From Amphiscolops sp. MND2022 (taxonomy: Eukaryota): 64,000 bases of DNA. Shown here piece by piece: positions 58,448 to 64,000 of the stretch (position 1 is its first letter; the number at the start of each line of letters is the position of its first letter). The stretch covers positions 27,466,001-27,530,000 of the forward strand of contig OZ076413.1 of the NCBI GenBank assembly GCA_964187785.1, in the 5' to 3' direction. A model generated the notes under the pieces. The model ran no database searches, was not told the origin of the DNA, and saw nothing but the letters and a program-made list of their open reading frames with translations. Both the position numbers and the translations under genes were made by a program.

Positions 58448-58742
58448 GTTGGTTGATTTGTGATATCTGTGTTAAGAGTGGCTTTAATTTGAGATCATTG
58501 GTTATTCTAATGCTCCGTGCCTTGTTGGCAAAGAACTGCCTATAATTGGCAATGAACATAAGCAAGCACTTTTTACCCGTTGAACTGATATACTGTTTAT
58601 ATCGAGTCTAACCACCGTTTGAAGCTTTAAAGGGGAAAGTTCGAGATAAATGCGAATGCCAGTCATTCACCTTACTGATAGTAGTTTCGACTCAGTTCCA
58701 TGGTTGAAAAACCATGAATGTTTGGTTGCATTTATCTTTCAG

Positions 58743-59106
58743 GACATTTTTGGACTACTTACCGGAGCCGACAGTGTACGAAACATCTTCGGATAGCGGA
58801 GAATCTTCTGGGTCAGAGAGAAGTGACAGCGGCCGAACGAGGACCGAGGAGAAAAAGACGGGCAAACGTAGGTCTAATTGCGACTACGAAAGATACAAGA
58901 CGTTGATCCAAAACGACTACCTGTGTATTGACGAGGCGGCGTGTCTGAAGCAGATCTACCAGGAAGAGGAGCATGGGGGCGTGGTAGGGTTGTCTTCATC
59001 AACGGCAGCAGGTGCTCCTAACGGTAGTGCTCCTCTCCATGCGCTCGATAAAAGTAGCAAAAGTTCAACTTCTACTACCGCAAGTTCAACCACCTCTACC
59101 GCCAAA
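58743..59106 (+). CDS. CLASRP: CLASRP exon 3
   Basis: TFLDYLPE...CDYERYKTLIQNDY; donor AAA|GTAGGG, in phase with exon 4. Confidence 0.85.
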
Positions 59107-59484
59107 GTAGGGTCAAGTAATTATTCTCCCTTCTTCTTCTTCTTGTTCATTCACTATCAATCTCAGTTTGGAACACAGGCACTCTGAACATGGTGAAGTG
59201 TTTTTTGCTTCCAGTTGAATTATCTTTCAGTTCTAGACAGGGTTGTTACAATTTGATACTCGAGGATTTAACTAGTTTCCAACATGAGTTAAATCATTAA
59301 ACAAGAAGCGCAGTGGCACTGCAATATTTTTGGTATACTGTTACAAGACGCCTTTACGTAAAAATTGGCAACTTACCAACCCCAATTGTTTGAAAACGGA
59401 AACGCAACAGAATAGTTTCAACTAAAATGCCCCTACAGTTCTGAAAACTAGTGCATGCTTATAGGGTATCAAGAGGGCAATTTT

Positions 59485-61229
59485 ACAAGCCGGGAGACAT
59501 AAGTCGGCGCCCCCTTAATGTTCTAAAAGAGCAAAAGTACTTCAAAGCATCAAGGATTCTCTACCGAATGAGTTCTTCAGACCCTTTTGAAAAATATAGT
59601 TTTAATATTAACAAGACGGGAACGTCTCAAGTCGGCGCTATATCTAAGGCTCAAAAAGCGCAAAACATTTTTTTGGAAAAAATCTTGAAATTTTCAAAAA
59701 AAATTTCTTTCGGAAAATGTCGCACAGTGCCGAAAAATGTAAAAGGGGGACCCTTTTTGATTTATAAAAACGCGTTCTGTAGCAAAATAACAAAAAACTC
59801 AAAGGGGGGACCCTTTGGGCTTTGGGGACATTAAAAAAATTTCGAAAAAGTCGCACAGTGCCGAAAAAAATTGAAAGGGGGACCCTTTAGTCCCGTCCGG
59901 GCTTGTAGGTAACGTTTAAAAAGTAAAAAACCAAAGGGGGGATCCTTTGGAATAATTTACATGCGTTTCCCTGGTATTTAGTTTCCTTTAGTTGAACGTT
60001 AACGTTCGTCGCTTCGAGTCTGTCCTAAATAAAAAAAAACGAGTGACTGTAATAGTCGGGCTCTTTTATTTATAAAAGCGCCGACTAAAAAAACCAAATG
60101 GGAGACCTTTTGGGCTTAAAACGCTTTTTAGGAGTCGGAAAAAATTGTCGACTACTTATGCAATCGTGTCGTTTTTTTTGTTTTTTTTTCTCCCGACCTT
60201 TTCATGAAAATTTCTCAAAAACTGTCCATACGATTTTTATAAAATTTGCACAGTCATTCTACACCCAAAGGGGCCCCTGCGTGCGCAAAGGCATCAAAAT
60301 TGTATGACTGGAATGTGAGAAACATAGCCAAAATTAGCCCAAAAACACTCATTTTTCGACTATTCGTGAAAAAGTCAACTCCAAAAAAAGCTTATTTAAT
60401 CCAATTTACATAAGTATCTGAAGATGGGAATGAAGAGACCCTTCCGACTAGTTTGCTAATTGTAGACAAAGTGTGCAAATTTTGACACAATCAAGTTTAA
60501 GCGAACTTTTAGTGGAAAGTGGAAAAATTTCTATGAAAGGCGCACAGTGCTGAAAAAATCCCAAAGGTATTTTATAAGCTGAACAATTTTTGAGAACTCT
60601 CACAGTTCCAAAAATTAACCAAAGACCAAAGAGATCACCCTTGAGACTCAGAAAATTGCCTTTTCTAAACAGAGCATGAAAAAAACCCCGAGTTTGTAAG
60701 AAATTTTGTTTTCGAAAATGTCTTAATGCCGAAAAAACCCTAAGATGAGATCGTTCGATCCCGTCTACCTTAGAAACGTTGAAAAGTAGCAAAGCTCGGT
60801 GTTCGAACCACCAGTGTTTCGAGAAACTTTCTTCACCAAATTGGATTGATCTCTGAAAGTTTTTGAGAACTTGCTTGAAGCATATTTGAAACAGCGTTTT
60901 GAGCCGTGATTTTTTCTTGTATTGTTTTCTCCACTGAAAGGGCCACTTTTTACAGACATTACACCTAAATTCTAAAGGCTACGTATTGCCCTTCAAATTT
61001 TTCGGCACTATGCGACTTTTCTTTCGAAAAAGTTTTAAAAACAGTTTCCGCCAATTTCGCTTTTTGATGTTTTCAGCTAGAGAAAAACGTTTTTCGAGCA
61101 CAAAAGGTTCCCTTTGGATATTTTCGGCACTATTACTTGTGAGATTTTACTTATAAACGCTCTGAGCATAAAACTTTTGTGCTTTTTGAGCCTCGTACTG
61201 GGCGTCGACTTTAGACGTTCTCGTCTTGA
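59485..61229. repeat. AACAAG-terminus repeat family copies filling CLASRP intron 3
   Basis: Termini at 59485 and 59610 and an inverted one ending ~61229; 60126-60345 matches 28806-29030. Confidence 0.8.
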
Positions 61230-61649
61230 ACTTTGATACAGGTTGGTAACAGCCCCGGTTTTAACGCTTTTACTATGATGTTGGCACTGAACATTTCACC
61301 TGATGTAATTTTTGATGTATTTCAGTTGAAGCTGGGCGATGATATGTCAATCTTTAATGTGTATTTTAGCTGCAAATGAATTATCCAATTGATATTCTGA
61401 GTATTTCCATAGTCATAAATGATAACTTCAGAAGTTGTCCAATCTGTGTGCAAATGACTTTAAAGAACTCAGTAGTACCGATTCGAGCTACTTTGATACC
61501 ACGAATTTGAAAAGGTTTTATCTGAAAGATTTTCTCCATTCTCAGCCCAATTGAATGGTTGAAATAGTAAAGGCATTTTAAATGTTATTCTTGTGCAAAA
61601 TTGTCATTCATGAATAAAGAGCTCATGGAAAATCTGGTTCTTGATTTAG

Positions 61650-62119
61650 GCTGCAATCGGATACAACTACGAGAAGAACGCACCCATAATTCTGGGCAAG
61701 CATTCGTTTATTTCAAAACAAGGCGACATCTCGGATGAATCCAGTGACAGCGGAGATGAGAGCTTCGACGAAATTGACCTGGAAGTGACTCTTGACATCG
61801 ACAAGCTGGACGTTGAACAGAAGAAGCTCTTAATCACCCACTCACTTGCTTATGGTCTGAAAAATGAAATGTTCCTCAAGTATTTGACCAAAGACAAAGA
61901 GGACCAAGAGAATTTGAGACTGGCAAAAATGTTGGAAGACGAGAAGGCATTGTATTCTGGGCGCAAAGGAAGGTATAAACGTCGCGAGTTTCATGAAGAA
62001 AAAATGCAGTTGCAGAGAAAGCTGAATCCTAATTTGGAATTGAGTTACGCAACCAAGAGAGAGACAGATGCCAAAAAAGCCATTGAAGATAGACGATCAA
62101 GGTCGAGAAAAGATTCCAG
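61650..62119 (+). CDS. CLASRP: CLASRP exon 4
   Basis: AAIGYNYE...LEDEKALYSGRKGRYKRREF; acceptor GATTTAG|, donor CAG|GTACAT. Confidence 0.9.
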
Positions 62120-62279
62120 GTACATTTTCTTTCTGGTTGCGTCAACAAAAATTCGTTACGTAGCGTAAAATTTGGGTCTTGTTTATTACAAAAGCATTTA
62201 AAGTATATAGCTGTAGGAAGTCTTGATGTGTCTTTCCTTCATCTCGTTAATGCTTTACTGTAATTGCTAAATGTTTCAG

Positions 62280-63462
62280 CACGTCTACAGGAAGCTCGGT
62301 GGCAGATGAAGCACCCAAATTCATCACTTCGTTTGATGCCAACGAAGACGAGAGTTCTGTCAAGAAAACCAAAAAGTCATACAGTCGCAAAAGGTCATCA
62401 CGCAGGTCAAGATCACGTGACGATAGATCCCGAAGCAAACGACGCAGATCTCGATCAGGATCAAGGAAACACATGAAACGAAGGAGATCGTCTGCTTCGA
62501 GATCTAGATCTCGAGGAAAACCTTCCCCGAAAAGGAAAACTTCCCGCCCACGTTCTAGATCTCGTTCGCCTCATCGAAGTCGCAAAGATAGAAGTGGACC
62601 TAGAAAGTCGAATGAGCGTTCCAAGTACGGCACCAGACGATCGCGATCTCGATCTGGTAGAAGGTCAAGATCGCGGTCTAGATTAGTCAAAAGGTCAAGA
62701 TCACGTTCAAGAATGTCACAATCTGAGGCAAAACATCGGAGCCGGGCAGAGAAAAAGAAAAGTCCCAGAGAACTGATAAGAAAACCTGGATCTCTCTTGA
62801 ACCGGAACTTGGGCGTAATGAAAAGATCAAGATCATCTTCAGATAGCTCCTTAGAAAAACTTCATCGTCCTCAATTAAAACTGGAACCTCTCCCAAGTGA
62901 CAATACCGTGACACAAGGAATTTCTAACCCTCAGCAGATCAACAGTGCAGCAGTTCCGGATAACAACGTCGTGAAAAGGTACAGGAGGAAGTCGTTGTCT
63001 TCCAGCTCTGGTTTGGAGGATGATTCACCTCCGAGAAATACCCCATTCCCTCCTCGTTATGCTAACACGTCACATTCACCTGGTATATTCAAATTGGAAA
63101 AACCCCAGGATTTTTATGAGAAGCCGAAAGTGAACACTCCTATTTCTGCAACTAAGAAACCGGGGAATGCGAAGAGTGCCACGGAAAGAATGAAAAGGTT
63201 GATGGAGAAACAATTGAACAAACAAATAAAAGTTGATAAACAAAATAGAGCTTTGAAGGAAGAGAAGAAGATGCAGGAGCAAATAGAGTGGGAAGAGCAC
63301 CAGAGAAGCATGAGTGATAAATGGGCACATAAAAGTAAGCATCGAAACGGGTCAGCATCAGACTCTGACTCTGATAATGGCAGGTCCAGCAGAAATTACT
63401 TGAAATATTCCGCTGTGAGTCCAAAAGCGAGAAGACGCGAAAGCTCTGACGCTTCAAACTAA
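62280..63462 (+). CDS. CLASRP: CLASRP exon 5 (RS domain and C-terminal coiled coil, stop)
   Basis: KFITSF, long RS tract, TERMKRLMEKQLNKQIKVDK; acceptor TGTTTCAG|. Confidence 0.92.
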
Positions 63463-63944
63463 ATATTCTTCATTTTATTTGTTTATTTGCTGAATCTTGT
63501 CTAATTGTTTTTAAATCAGTACTTTCAAAAGATATATTGGGCAGTCGTTTTCTATTTCAAGAATTGGCCGCGGACATGATGAAGTTTTGAAGCTTTGTCC
63601 TTATAATTGAGACGCTAATTTTAATCGTTTTTGAAGCAATTGAAAAAGCAAAGTTAACCCGATCCAATAAAGCTAAATATGGAAAAATTTTGATTAGGCT
63701 ATAATAAAGATTAACAATAGACGCAGTGGCACTGCGATATTTTTTGTATGCTTTTGAAAAACGCCTCTGCAAAAAATCGGACACTTACAAAAAGCACTAT
63801 TTAAACCCGCGTTCTGTTTCTCAGACCCCGTTACGCCTTACATTGACTCCACGTACTTTCATGAGCGTCCAGTAGCTTTTGGCAGAAGGTGGAAAAAGTT
63901 GTGTCAAATGTTTTCGTTACTCAGGGAAACGAAATTACACATTT

Positions 63945-64000
63945 TTAGGAGTCGGAAAAAATTTTCGACTACTTATGCAATCGTGTTGTTTTTTTTCTCC
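63945..64000 (+). repeat. Start of another copy of the same repeat family (truncated by window end)
   Basis: TTTTTAGGAGTCGGAAAAAATTTTCGACTACTTATGCAATCGTG matches 28806-28850. Confidence 0.85.

Noticed and set aside
62247-63457. Minus-strand ORFs over the CLASRP RS exon (also those over CEP170 and BRCA2)
   Set aside because: Antisense shadows of low-complexity coding sequence.

Overview
Eukaryotic (metazoan) genomic DNA with GT-AG introns, not prokaryotic. The repeat families and AT-rich composition resemble my recollection of acoel genomes (inference, unverified). The window has two halves. Bases ~1-38,000 are a transposon graveyard. It contains: a degenerate Ty3/Gypsy element on the minus strand (1-kb LTR, PBS, gag-PR-RT-RH-IN relics); two recent tandem duplications; the 3' part of a second LTR element carrying antisense ORF relics; a nested cluster of foldback-type Mutator (MULE) MITEs with verifiable 9-bp TSDs; and an LTR element with both LTRs, PBS, PPT and a 5-bp TSD whose internal region carries only a decayed env-like fusion-protein gene. 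Bases ~38,700-63,500 hold five co-oriented plus-strand host genes: MRTF/myocardin-like, an SRSF3/7-type SR protein with a candidate poison exon, BRCA2 with a recently amplified 147-bp BRC-repeat array, a CEP170-like gene without FHA, and CLASRP. Best leads: the env-only LTR element, the near-identical BRC tandem array, the SR poison exon, and MULE MITEs carrying a Helitron-like 3' end. All alignments and coordinates were done by eye; no database searches were run.
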